Counted from the first letter of the stretch, positions 51,903 to 61,920 are shown. The stretch: DNA of 64,000 nucleotides from Nostoc sp. DedSLP01 (GCA_034530875.2 JAVRCJ020000004.1:64001-128000); one strand, 5' to 3'. Notes: a model not told the origin generated them from the letters alone. Program-made: numbers and translations.

Positions 51903-52520
51903 GTGAAATACTATCAACAGCAAGCTAACGCATTTCCTAGCGAGTACCTAAATAATTTGTGGGGAGAAATCCAAGCTTGTCCTTACTTTGCTATCAACAA
52001 CCTCAACCGCGATTTTGTTGCTACTAAAGGATTTTCGGTAGTATTTCAGCGTTGTGCATTAGCAACGGTAGAACAACAGTTTCCCTACTTCAAGCCTTAT
52101 TTAGATTTGGCTCTACAACCAAATTGTAATGCTTTTTATCTCAATCCTTTACAGTTAAAAGAAGGCTCTCGCGTCGATCCGCATATCGATCGCTCTTTAC
52201 GTTCTTATTCTAAAACCATTGAACCGCCTATGCTTGTGAGCGTGCTTTACGTGCGAGTCCCTGCCAATATGGAAGGAGGAGAATTAGTATTGCGATCGCA
52301 CAAACGCCAACTCGGACAAATTAAGCCGCAGATTAATACTTTACTTTACTTTCAAGGAGATTTAACCCATTCTGTTAACGCAGTCAAAACTCCTGGCGAT
52401 CGCCTCAGCTTAGTTTGCGAACAGTACAGTTTAAGTGAAGCTGAACTCCAAGAAATTCCCCAGTTTACTATAGAGTCTAGAAAAACTCAGTCTACAACTA
52501 AAAAAAGAAAGTCCTATTAA
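51903..52520 (+). CDS. 2OG-Fe(II) oxygenase family protein
   Basis: HID...GGEL...FQGDLTHSV....DRLSL (HxD...H...R); start GTG 51903 or TTG 51888. Confidence 0.82.
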   Translation: MKYYQQQANAFPSEYLNNLWGEIQACPYFAINNLNRDFVATKGFSVVFQRCALATVEQQFPYFKPYLDLALQPNCNAFYLNPLQLKEGSRVDPHIDRSLRSYSKTIEPPMLVSVLYVRVPANMEGGELVLRSHKRQLGQIKPQINTLLYFQGDLTHSVNAVKTPGDRLSLVCEQYSLSEAELQEIPQFTIESRKTQSTTKKRKSY

Positions 52521-52613
52521 AGTAGAAGGCAAAAAGCAAGAGGTAATTAATTCCTACCTATTGCGTATTGCCTCTGTAAATTTGTAGTTTATGCAAACTA
52601 TAACTGGTGTATT

Positions 52614-53699
52614 TTAACCGCGATCGCTACCTAAACTAACCAAACTGCGTAAGCGTCCATTTTGAGAAAACTTTTCTTTTATAATTTGTTGATAAACTGC
52701 TTCATAGCCATCAACCATTTGTTTAATGCTGAAACGGTTTTCTACATATTGCCGACAAGCATAACGGTCTAACTCTGTTACTTTGTCAATCGCACTGATA
52801 CATTCTTCGATATTATTGCAAAGGAAACCTGTTTTACCGTGAGAAATTACCTCTTGGGTAGATCCCAATTTCATCGCAATTACAGGTGTACCGGAAGCCA
52901 TTGATTCAACCATCACTAAACCAAACGGTTCGCGCCAAGTGATGGGCAATAAAGTTGCAACAGCACCTCCCATGAGGGCATTTTTTTGAACATGGTTCGC
53001 TTCACCTAAATACTGAATTTGCTCGCCATCAATATGCGGTTTGATTATTGTTTCAAAATATTCGACATCAACAACATCAACCTTCCCCGCCATTTTTAAA
53101 CGCCAACCACTTTGTTTGGCAATTTCTATAGCTAAGTGTACTCCCTTCTCTGGCGATATTCGACTTAAAAATACCAGATAGGGCGGTTCTTCTGGTTGTG
53201 GGTGAAACTCATAAGTGTTGACATCGATGCCGTTGTAGACTGTTGCTACATAGTTCAGCCCTAATCTTGGTTCTCGTTGGGCATCGGAAATACTGATGTA
53301 TGGTTGGTTTTTACTAAAACTGTACAGCTTTTCGTTATCAGAGGTAAAAATACCATGCAACGTATGAACCGTGGGAGTTTTGACTAGATTTGCATAAGGT
53401 AGCGCCCCACACCCGATATGAGAATGAATAATATCAAACTCTTCTGCTCGTTCGTAGACCGAAGCTAGTTCCAGCATTTCGTAAATGCTGTAATCTTTAA
53501 TAGTGCGATCGTTTCTTAGGGCATGGGGACAAACTGACACTAGTTTTGCCAAAGTAATAGAATCTCCCGACGCGAACAAAGTTACTTCATGTCCGCGTCG
53601 CACTAGTTCATCAGTTAGCAACCCCACTACTAACTCTATGCCACCATAAGCTGGAGGCGGTACTCTCTCCAATAATGGAGCTACTTGAGCAATTCGCAT
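52614..53699 (-). CDS. Glycosyltransferase family 4
   Basis: MRIAQVAP..ERVPP..YGG.E, RISPEKG, EPFGLVMVES. Confidence 0.93.
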   Translation of the reverse strand: MRIAQVAPLLERVPPPAYGGIELVVGLLTDELVRRGHEVTLFASGDSITLAKLVSVCPHALRNDRTIKDYSIYEMLELASVYERAEEFDIIHSHIGCGALPYANLVKTPTVHTLHGIFTSDNEKLYSFSKNQPYISISDAQREPRLGLNYVATVYNGIDVNTYEFHPQPEEPPYLVFLSRISPEKGVHLAIEIAKQSGWRLKMAGKVDVVDVEYFETIIKPHIDGEQIQYLGEANHVQKNALMGGAVATLLPITWREPFGLVMVESMASGTPVIAMKLGSTQEVISHGKTGFLCNNIEECISAIDKVTELDRYACRQYVENRFSIKQMVDGYEAVYQQIIKEKFSQNGRLRSLVSLGSDRG

Positions 53700-54296
53700 T
53701 ATAAACCTCCTGAATAATAAGACTTTAATAACAAGTATTTTCTTTGTGTTTGCGTAGTGCTGATACTTGATTGACTTTACCTAAGAAGTCACTTCAGTTA
53801 CTAAGCTTATTAACAATCGCATCAAAATTTTATGCTTTTGCTTGGATATTTTTTGTCTATCTTAGTAAATAAACTAACCTGCCCATAGGTGTAAATTGAT
53901 TCTAATTGATGAGCCTGGTAAAATTTTTATTTGGTCAGATTTTTTTATCAAATTTATTACCTCTAACTTGCCTAAATCTAAGCTATTAGCCGATATTAAG
54001 CTCAATAAAATGCATGATATTTGCTAAGTATCTGATTTACAGATATTTCATAAAATATAAAGTACATACTTAAATAAAAAGCGTTTTTTTAGACTCTAAA
54101 GTAGAATATGTTGTACCCAAGGGATAGATTTTCCTAAAGTTATATTTTCAATTTCTAGCGGTTGCTGCATAGATAAGGTAGATAAAAAATAAAAATATTC
54201 AACTTTGATTGTCGCTAGGCGAGACACGCGCCTGTAATCAAGGGCGTCAGGATGTTTGCACGACAAGTAGTAATTTCTTAGTAATCGCTTAGTTAA

Positions 54297-54492
54297 GCTG
54301 TTCTACGTTTTAGTTGCATAATTAAGGCGGGCTTTTCGGCCCACCCCACAAGAGTTTGATTTAATTTGATTATCGAAACAATCAAGTCTAAAACCGTACT
54401 TCGTCCAAAGTTTTTGGAATGAGGTATAAATCCTCGTTACAAAAACGCCCTCCTGCCTCCTGCCTTCGTTAAGCAATTAGATGTTTTTCAGC
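54297..54492. mobile_element. Composite MITE-like element whose right TIR is interrupted by the ~100-bp dispersed repeat
   Basis: GCTGTTCTACGTTTTAGTTGCATAAT ... ATTAT[54371-54469]AAGCAATTAGATGTTTTTCAGC. Confidence 0.55.
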
Positions 54493-54600
54493 TTAGTACC
54501 GTTGCTAGCGATCGCTAAAAGTAAGACAATACCTCAAACATTGACGTTTTACATGAAGTATGCTACTTTGTATTTTCACCAATAAAAATCAACTATAAAC

Positions 54601-55404
54601 GTGAATATTTTTACACATCTCAAAAAACCGCGTGTCACATGGCAGGCGGTTTTCTCACTGCTGATATTTATGTTTATGTACCTGCCTATAATGGTACTTG
54701 GCTTTTATAGCTTTAATCAGTCACCCTATAGTGCAACTTGGCAAGGATTTACCTGGGATTGGTATGAGAAGTTGTTCCGGGACGATCGCATTTTATCAGC
54801 TTTGGAAAATAGTTTGATAGTTGCTGGTTGTGCGGTGGGAATTTCAGCCGTCATCGGCACCTTAATGGCTGTGGGTTTAGCGCGTTATCAATTTCCTGGT
54901 AAAAATTTGTATCGCGGTATCGCTTATCTACCATTAATTATTCCCGATATTGCGATCGCAGTGGCAACCTTAGTATGTTTAGCAACATTTGCCATACCTT
55001 TGAGTTTGTGGACAATAGTTGCAGCACACGTAGTCTTTTGTCTTGCTTACGTCGGACTTGTGGTTTCTTCCAGACTGACGAATTTAGATCCCCACTTAGA
55101 AGAAGCAGCATTAGATTTAGGTGCTACACCAACCCAAGCATTTATCAAAGTATTATTACCTCAATTAATGCCTGGTATTATTGCTGGTTGTCTGTTAGCC
55201 TTTGTTCTCAGCTTAGATGATTTTTTGATTGCTAGTTTCACTGCTGGTAGCGGCCATAACACCTTGCCAATGGAAATTTTTAGCCGTATTAGAACAGGAG
55301 TCAAGCCAGATATTAATGCTTTGAGTATAGTCTTGATTACCGTATCAGCGATCGTTGCTTTTGTAGCCGAACTGCTTCGTATTTCTGGAGAAAGTAAAAG
55401 TTAA
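54601..55404 (+). CDS. potC: Spermidine/putrescine ABC transporter permease, PotC-like
   Basis: YLPI..L..YSFN, LEEAALDLGA (EAA motif), LSLDDF, TLPMEIFS. Confidence 0.8.
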   Translation: MNIFTHLKKPRVTWQAVFSLLIFMFMYLPIMVLGFYSFNQSPYSATWQGFTWDWYEKLFRDDRILSALENSLIVAGCAVGISAVIGTLMAVGLARYQFPGKNLYRGIAYLPLIIPDIAIAVATLVCLATFAIPLSLWTIVAAHVVFCLAYVGLVVSSRLTNLDPHLEEAALDLGATPTQAFIKVLLPQLMPGIIAGCLLAFVLSLDDFLIASFTAGSGHNTLPMEIFSRIRTGVKPDINALSIVLITVSAIVAFVAELLRISGESKS

Positions 55405-55729
55405 AATCAAACTCATAATTAGCAATAAAAATTATCCATAATTATTAAGTTACCAGCGAACTTTTTTCATCCCCAACAAAAGCTATATTGAAAAATAACC
55501 ATGAATTTAGTATGTAATTTACACTAACGTCATAACACGCTATCTTAGCCAACCATACTGATATCTAAAATTCTGAATCCTGAATTTTATAAAGACCCGA
55601 GTAATCGCTTCTCTACTCCTAATATATTTAAATACATATAAAAAATTCCGTGTTCGTTTCTCTACATAACTGTTTTCAATAAGATGATATTGGGGCTAAC
55701 TTTGGAGAAGATGCTACTTTCACATCGTT

Positions 55730-57574
55730 ATGCAAATCTGCCAAAATCCCAATTGCTCAAATCCATTTAATTCTGATAGCAATAGATTTTGTATCAGTTG
55801 CGGACAAAGCAACTTTGGCAAACTTCTCAGAAACCGCTACCGCGTTTTGGGGCTATTAGGAGAAGGTGGGTTTAGCAGAACTTATGCCACAGAAGATGTA
55901 GATAGACTAAATGCCCCCTGCGTCATCAAGCAATTTTTCCCGCAATTTCAAGGAACGGCACAACGCACTAAAGCAGCCCAATTTTTCAAAGAAGAAGCTT
56001 TTCGGCTGTACGAACTGGGAGAAAATCATACCCAAATTCCCAGATTACTTGCTTATTTTGAGCAAGGTACTAGTTTGTACCTCGTACAAGAATTTATTCA
56101 AGGTAAAACCCTTTTACAAGAAGTTCAGCAACAAATTTATGGCGAACAAGAAATTTGGCAACTTTTAGCTGATTTGTTACCAGTTCTAGAATTTATTCAT
56201 GCCAGTAACATTATTCATCGGGATATTAAACCAGAAAATATTATTCGCCGTGCCAGCGATGGTAAACCAGTATTAATTGACTTTGGTGGTGCTAAACAGG
56301 TAACACAAACTAGTTTTGGCAGACAAGCTACAGTAATTTATACAGTTGGTTATGCCCCAACCGAACAAATGGCTGGATTTGCTTGTCAGGCAAGCGATTT
56401 ATATGCTTTGGGCGTAACTTGCGTGCGCCTTCTGACTCAATGTTTGCCTTTACAATATGTTTCCGGACAAATTAAAGATCCTATTTATGATGCCATGAAT
56501 GCTAAGTGGCTGTGGCGCGAAAAATTACAAGAAAAAGGTATTACTATCAGCGACGAACTAGGAAAGATTTTAGAGAAATTACTCCAACATTTACCCAATG
56601 ACAGGTATCAAACAGCAACAGAAGTTATTAAAGATTTGGAATTTACAAAATTAAACTTGGAACCTGTTGCGCTCAAAATGGTTTCCATTCCCAAACCCAT
56701 ATTATCGCTGCCACGACCAAAAATAATAGTACCATTACCGCCTTTAAAAACTTTTGAATTTGATGTCGTGACAGTAGACACAGGAAGTAGAGAAGTTAGC
56801 CGCGTTAGTCGTAGTGCAGAATTTTTTGCGGAAGAATTGGGTAAGTCTGTCAGCCTGGAAATGGTATCAATTCCTAGCGGTACGTATATGATGGGTTCGC
56901 CAGAGTTTGAAGGAGATGCTGACGAATGTCCTCAACGCCAAGTTACTGTAAAACCATTTTTTATGGGAAAATTTCCTGTAACTCAAGCACAGTGGAGAGT
57001 GGTAGCAGCTTTACCCAAAGTCAAACAAACCTTAAATCCTAATCCATCAAAATTCAAAGGTTTAGATAGACCAGTAGAAAATGTATCTTGGTACGAAGCT
57101 GTAGAATTTTGTCTCAGGCTATCAGAAAAAACTGGACGCGACTATCGTTTACCGAGTGAAGCTGAATGGGAATATGCTTGTCGTGCTGGAACTAAGACAT
57201 CCTTTCACTTTGGCGAAACCATTACCAGTGATTTAGTTTGCTGTGCTGACGAACCAAAAAGCAAATTCCGCAAAGAAACAACAAACGTAGGCAGTTTTGA
57301 AGTAGCGAATGCTTTTGGATTGTACGATATGCACGGGCTAGTTTGGGAATGGTGCGCCGACCCGTGGCATAACAATTATCATGATGCGCCTGCCTATGCA
57401 AGTGTTTGGGAAGTCGGGGGTGATATGCATCGCCGGGTGTTACGCGGTGGTTCTTGGAATTTCAGCGCCGAACTTTGTCGCAGCGCCAGCCGTAGTTGGA
57501 ATGAGTCAGACGGCGGGTTGAGGATTTGTGGCTTTCGGGTGGTATTTTCTAGCGAAGGAATACCGGAATATTAG
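55730..57574 (+). CDS. Ser/Thr protein kinase with N-terminal 4-Cys motif and C-terminal FGE-sulfatase (SUMF1) domain
   Basis: CQNPNC..CISC; LGEGGFS, VIK, HRDIKPEN, DFG; RLPSEAEWEYACRAG, NAFGLYDMHG, RGGSW, GFRVV. Confidence 0.93.
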   Translation: MQICQNPNCSNPFNSDSNRFCISCGQSNFGKLLRNRYRVLGLLGEGGFSRTYATEDVDRLNAPCVIKQFFPQFQGTAQRTKAAQFFKEEAFRLYELGENHTQIPRLLAYFEQGTSLYLVQEFIQGKTLLQEVQQQIYGEQEIWQLLADLLPVLEFIHASNIIHRDIKPENIIRRASDGKPVLIDFGGAKQVTQTSFGRQATVIYTVGYAPTEQMAGFACQASDLYALGVTCVRLLTQCLPLQYVSGQIKDPIYDAMNAKWLWREKLQEKGITISDELGKILEKLLQHLPNDRYQTATEVIKDLEFTKLNLEPVALKMVSIPKPILSLPRPKIIVPLPPLKTFEFDVVTVDTGSREVSRVSRSAEFFAEELGKSVSLEMVSIPSGTYMMGSPEFEGDADECPQRQVTVKPFFMGKFPVTQAQWRVVAALPKVKQTLNPNPSKFKGLDRPVENVSWYEAVEFCLRLSEKTGRDYRLPSEAEWEYACRAGTKTSFHFGETITSDLVCCADEPKSKFRKETTNVGSFEVANAFGLYDMHGLVWEWCADPWHNNYHDAPAYASVWEVGGDMHRRVLRGGSWNFSAELCRSASRSWNESDGGLRICGFRVVFSSEGIPEY

Positions 57575-57578
57575 CTTT

Positions 57579-57668
57579 TTTTCAACGCAAAGGTACGCAA
57601 AAGTAAACGCAAAGGTACGCGGAGGTTTTTTAGAGAATCATTAGGCGCATTTTCATAGAGAATTGGCA
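57579..57668 (-). mobile_element. Partial inverted copy of the MITE found in the CRISPR trailer repeat
   Basis: Reverse complement TCA|TGCCAATTCTCTATGAAAATGCGCCTAAT...CCTCCGCGTACCTTTGCG...GCGTACCTTTGCGTTGAAAA aligns to 25253-25354. Confidence 0.75.
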
Positions 57669-57734
57669 TGAATTGGAAACTAAAGTTGAAAAACTGCTAA
57701 TATTAATCAAAAATTGAAACTTTTAGAGGTGTAA

Positions 57735-58088
57735 ATGAGTGAAATTCCTCTTTGTACTATAGTGATTTCATCCCAGCTGCCTCCAAATGAAATAGAGTCT
57801 TTAGAAACATCCCTGGAGATGAATTCAATCAAAGTGCAAAAGTCACCCAGTCGGATAATAGGTGCAGATGACATAGTTTTTGTGGCTACAGTTATTGGAG
57901 GGATAGCAGCAACAGCCAATTTGATAGAGTACAGTATCAAAGTCGCTAAGGCAATCAATAATTGGCGGCAAAAATTGCGAGAAAAAGGAACAGAACCAAA
58001 AGGCACGTTAGAACACCCAAAACGTCCCCCACTGGATTTAAGCACCGCTACTGATGAAGAAATAGAAGAATGGCTGTCTCAAAAGTAG
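57735..58088 (+). CDS. Small hypothetical protein with central hydrophobic segment; overlaps the CHAT-STAND gene
   Basis: GAGGT RBS; 117 aa; SPSR-IIGADDIVFVATVIGGIAATANLIEYSIKVA; 19-nt overlap with the next gene. Confidence 0.75.
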   Translation: MSEIPLCTIVISSQLPPNEIESLETSLEMNSIKVQKSPSRIIGADDIVFVATVIGGIAATANLIEYSIKVAKAINNWRQKLREKGTEPKGTLEHPKRPPLDLSTATDEEIEEWLSQK

Positions 58089-61000
58089 CTAACAAAATTC
58101 CCCTTAGTCCAGGTTTAGAAAAAGTTACTAAACAAGATAATTCGTTCAGCAATCAAATTCTAATTTTGTTTTCAGCCCCTCTGTTGACTGAAGAGTTATC
58201 GCCAGTCGAAAATTTATCGATTCAGGAAGAAATTGATGCCATCGCTTTGGTGTTAGAGGATATATCTCACCCTATAGCAGTGGAAATAGTAGTTAAAGTA
58301 GCCACTTCACAGAATCTACAAGATGTGTTATCCCATCGTGTCAAACCACTGATTATTCATTTTATTGGTCATGGAATGAAAGATGGGGATAGTACAGCTT
58401 TGGTGTTAGAAGATGAAGTGGGGATTACTCGCTCTTTTAGTGAAGAAGAATTAGATATTGCTTTATCAAATCAAAAACAACCACCCTGTCAATTAGCATT
58501 ATTGAACGCCTGTCATTCAGAAAAGTTAGCTCAAGCTTTTATCAAAGCGGAAGTGTCTCATGTCATTGCGGTTAACGCCGAAGATAGAATTCTAGATGTT
58601 GCAGCCCGATGTTTTTCTCGACGAGTGTATCAGGCACTATTCAATCAAGATTCTGTTGCGAATAGTTTTTTATTAAGTCGTAATGCAGTTAAACTTGATG
58701 ATAAATTAAGAAAACTATTTAACTCTCAAACTTTTCAGCAAGGAGTTAATTTCGATGAAGCCTTCAAATTTCGATTGCTACCTCAAGCTTCTCATCATGA
58801 ATCGCTGATTATAGAACCAACAGATTCTCACCAGGTTATCTATCCCCAATGGTCAAATACTAATATTCCCCGTTACGATCCAAACTTTGTAGGACGCAGA
58901 CAAGAAATACATCAAGTAATTAAAGCACTAATAGAGTCCGATAAACGTTGTATTGCTCTACATGGGATGGGAGGAATCGGTAAAACTGCCTTAGCTTATG
59001 CTATTGGTCAGTGGTTACATGAACGCAACCGCTATAAGGATGGCGTTTGGTTTATTAGTTTGCGCGATACTGATTCTGTAGGAACGCTGATTACTAAAGT
59101 TAAACAGAGTCTCGAATTAAATAGTTTTGCTTTAGAGAAAGAGTTAAGAAATAGTCGAGTGTTGTTGATTCTTGATGATTTAGATAAATTGATTGAGAAA
59201 GAATCTGATGAACTCATTGAAGTTTTAAACTCACTTTTAGAACAGTGTCCTCATTTAAGGCTATTGTTGACTTCCCGCGATTCTCTTGTTAGGGATATTG
59301 TTTATTGCCATCAAGAAGAAGTTTGTAGCATGGGAGCATCAGAAACGAGAGAAATATTTAAAAAGTATGCGCCATCGCCAGCAGGATGGGGAGATAATGA
59401 TTTGGCAGAAGATTTTAATCTTTTAGTACAGTTTCTTGATGGTTATCCTTTACCCATTAAACTCGCAGCATCTTATATGGCAGAAACTCAATGCACTCTT
59501 AAGATGCTGTGTGAAGACTTGGACATTGAACCACTGGAAGTTCTTCGTTCTTATTCTCCTGAAGCAAGAAAAGAAAGAAGTCTGCGGATAACATTAGAGC
59601 GTTCTTTTGAAATGTTATCGGTAGAAGGGCAAGATATATTTCCTTTGTTAGCTTTCTTTCCTAGTGGATTAAGTCGGGATTTGGCGAGGGCTGTTTGGGG
59701 TAGAAGCGGAAATAAGGCTGTAATAGAACTGTTTAAGTTTTCAATGGCAGAAAAGTCTTCTACTGCATCTGATTGGAGAGTAACTTTGCCCGAACCTGCT
59801 CGTACTTATGCAGAAAGTAAATTACAAAAAGGAAGACGAATTGACTATCTTGCTCCGCAAGTTATGGATTTTTATTGTGGTAATTTCTGCAACAAAGTTC
59901 TCCAGTTTTTTGACAATGGAGATAAGAATAAAGGACAGCAATTACTTCTGGAAGAAAACTCAAACTTAGTTTCATTTCTTCAATGGGGTTACGAGAATGA
60001 AATAAGTTCAGATAAAATCTGTCGCAGTGCAAGGATAACAGCTTCCTTAAGTCCTTATTGGCGATGGATTGAAGCGAATCAAGACCCTTTGGCTAGATTG
60101 GAATTGGCAATCAAGGCAGCCCAAAGAAATCAGGATCGAGTGGGAGAAGATTTAGTGAGCAATGCCATCGCTGCTTTTTCTTCTAGAGAAGTATTTAAAG
60201 ATGTTCAATCTTGCGGACGAGAAAGTGATGCGTTAAACTCCTTTGAGTTTGAAACTGTCACCGTAAATCGTTGGGGCAAAATCATCGAACGAGAAACCAA
60301 GCAAGCCCAACACTTTAGCGAAGACCTGGGTGAAGGTATCACCTTAGAAATGGTCGTCATCCCCGGTAATACATTGATGATGGGTTCCCCAAAAGGGGAA
60401 GGATATCGCTCTGAAAAACCTCAGCATGAAGTGACAGTTCCATCCTTCTTCATGAGTAAGTATCCAGTCACCCAAGTACAATGGCGAGCCGTAGCAGCAC
60501 TACCCCAAGTTAACCGCGACTTAGAACCAGAACCATCGCGGTTTAGAGGAGATAACCGACCAGTAGAGCAAGTTTCCTGGTACGATGCGGTGGAATTTTG
60601 CGATCGCCTCTCCCAACATATAGGCAAAAGCTACCGCCTGCCTAGTGAAGCGGAATGGGAATATGCTTGCCGTGCTGGTACTGATACACCGTTTCATTTT
60701 GGAGAAACCATTACTGCTGAGTTAGCAAATTATGATGCCAGCACAACTTTTGCTGACGAACCCGAAGGAGAATATCGAGGAATAACCACCCCAGTAGGAG
60801 AATTTCCGCCTAACACCTTTGGGTTATATGATATGCACGGAAATGTCTGGGAATGGTGTCTGGACGATTGGCACGATAACTATGAAGGAGCGCCAACAGA
60901 TAGCAATCCTTGGTTTGATGATAATAATCTTTCTCAAAAAAAAGGAACAGCCGTGCTGCGGGGCGGTTCTTGGTTCAACTTTCCTAAGGACTGCCGTTTT

Positions 61001-61096
61001 GCGTCTCGCAGTCTCAACCTTAGGGCGGGGCGCGACGGCATCGACTTCAATATTGGTTTTCGTGTTGTCTGTGGGGTTACGGGGACTCTTAAGTAG
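58070..61096 (+). CDS. CHAT (caspase-like) protease + NB-ARC/STAND NTPase + FGE-sulfatase (CLec-fold) multidomain protein
   Basis: IIHFIGHG and LLNACHS (His/Cys dyad); FVGR..E, GMGGIGKT, LLILDD, LLLTSR, GYPLPIKLAA; RLPSEAEWEYACRAG, FGLYDMHGNVWEW, RGGSW...GFRVVC. Confidence 0.9.
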   Translation: MAVSKVANKIPLSPGLEKVTKQDNSFSNQILILFSAPLLTEELSPVENLSIQEEIDAIALVLEDISHPIAVEIVVKVATSQNLQDVLSHRVKPLIIHFIGHGMKDGDSTALVLEDEVGITRSFSEEELDIALSNQKQPPCQLALLNACHSEKLAQAFIKAEVSHVIAVNAEDRILDVAARCFSRRVYQALFNQDSVANSFLLSRNAVKLDDKLRKLFNSQTFQQGVNFDEAFKFRLLPQASHHESLIIEPTDSHQVIYPQWSNTNIPRYDPNFVGRRQEIHQVIKALIESDKRCIALHGMGGIGKTALAYAIGQWLHERNRYKDGVWFISLRDTDSVGTLITKVKQSLELNSFALEKELRNSRVLLILDDLDKLIEKESDELIEVLNSLLEQCPHLRLLLTSRDSLVRDIVYCHQEEVCSMGASETREIFKKYAPSPAGWGDNDLAEDFNLLVQFLDGYPLPIKLAASYMAETQCTLKMLCEDLDIEPLEVLRSYSPEARKERSLRITLERSFEMLSVEGQDIFPLLAFFPSGLSRDLARAVWGRSGNKAVIELFKFSMAEKSSTASDWRVTLPEPARTYAESKLQKGRRIDYLAPQVMDFYCGNFCNKVLQFFDNGDKNKGQQLLLEENSNLVSFLQWGYENEISSDKICRSARITASLSPYWRWIEANQDPLARLELAIKAAQRNQDRVGEDLVSNAIAAFSSREVFKDVQSCGRESDALNSFEFETVTVNRWGKIIERETKQAQHFSEDLGEGITLEMVVIPGNTLMMGSPKGEGYRSEKPQHEVTVPSFFMSKYPVTQVQWRAVAALPQVNRDLEPEPSRFRGDNRPVEQVSWYDAVEFCDRLSQHIGKSYRLPSEAEWEYACRAGTDTPFHFGETITAELANYDASTTFADEPEGEYRGITTPVGEFPPNTFGLYDMHGNVWEWCLDDWHDNYEGAPTDSNPWFDDNNLSQKKGTAVLRGGSWFNFPKDCRFASRSLNLRAGRDGIDFNIGFRVVCGVTGTLK
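60950..61096 (+). other. Putative DGR variable region at the 3' end of the FGE domain
   Basis: GC-richer segment with NNY codons between GGSW and NIGFRVVC; inferred, since no template repeat or RT is in the window. Confidence 0.55.
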
Positions 61097-61152
61097 CCCT
61101 TTATACTTTTTACCTTTTGCACTTTACACTTGTTCTTTTTTTCTTTTCTTTT

Positions 61153-61179
61153 GTCGCCATAAGGCGACTCGATTTTTTT
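61153..61179 (+). terminator. Hairpin downstream of the CHAT-STAND-FGE gene (terminator and/or DGR cis hairpin)
   Basis: GTCGCC-ATAA-GGCGAC-TCGA-T7, preceded by a ~55-nt pyrimidine-rich tract. Confidence 0.65.
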
Positions 61180-61210
61180 AACATCTTTTGAAGTTAAAGT
61201 TGATGACGAA

Positions 61211-61346
61211 CCAATACGGTTCGGTTAAGGTTTTTTCATGAAAATTTTAGATCCCAAAGAAGCGATAAATCGCCGTCTCTACAAAAATCAATCCTTTGTA
61301 GAGACGGCGATTTATCGCGTCTCTTGCCTTAACCGAACGGTATTGG
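61211..61346. mobile_element. MITE-like element carrying a paired GTAG/REP-like palindrome
   Basis: CCAATACGGTTCGGTTAAGG...CCTTAACCGAACGGTATTGG TIRs; internal GCGATAAATCGCCGTCTCTACAAA / TTTGTAGAGACGGCGATTTATCGC. Confidence 0.8.
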
Positions 61347-61624
61347 ATAACAAATCTCCTACAAGCAAAAGAAAACTTCTTCACAGAGAGTTAAGTTTTG
61401 AAATCCAAAATTGATATTTTTTGAAAAAATACCGGAAATCTACTTACAGTTTTGTAGAGTGCTGCCAATTCTACATAATTTACACCCGTTAAAACTTGGA
61501 AATTATCAATAAAAATTTTGGCAAGAGTAGTTGATATGTATAAAATTATACCTTAACATTAAAGCATGACAAAGGCGATCGCCCTTTCCGCCAAGATCGA
61601 TGCGATCGCCTTTAGTCACCCCCC

Positions 61625-61920
61625 TACAGGAGATAGATACAATCATGACACAATTGCCAAAATCTGCCCAATCGAAGTTAGAGCAGTTCATAGGTGAAAA
61701 TTTAGATACACCCACCCCCAAAGAATTTCCCCAACAGCGACTTTCTAAAAGAGAGCCAATTAAGCACACGCTGACGGGTTCATCCAAAGCTGTTATCAGT
61801 ACAATTCACCATTTGCAAGTAATTGGCTACGCCAGTGTCGGAGACTGGAGTCCGCTGGTACCAACTGGTAAACCAGATGAGGTAATGAGCATTTTAATCC
61901 GTTACATTCTAATGCAATAA
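61625..61920 (+). CDS. Small hypothetical protein of a cyanobacterial-type family
   Basis: REPIKHTLTGS..AV..TIH.L...GYA.V.DWSPL.P......VMSIL; start uncertain (ATG near 61624 or 61600). Confidence 0.65.

Noticed and set aside
57430..57574. C-terminus of the first kinase-FGE gene as a DGR variable region
   Set aside because: Several codons (TGG, GAG, TCA, TTG, AGG) do not fit an AAY-derived NNY pattern, and there is no downstream pyrimidine tract or hairpin like that at 61097-61170.
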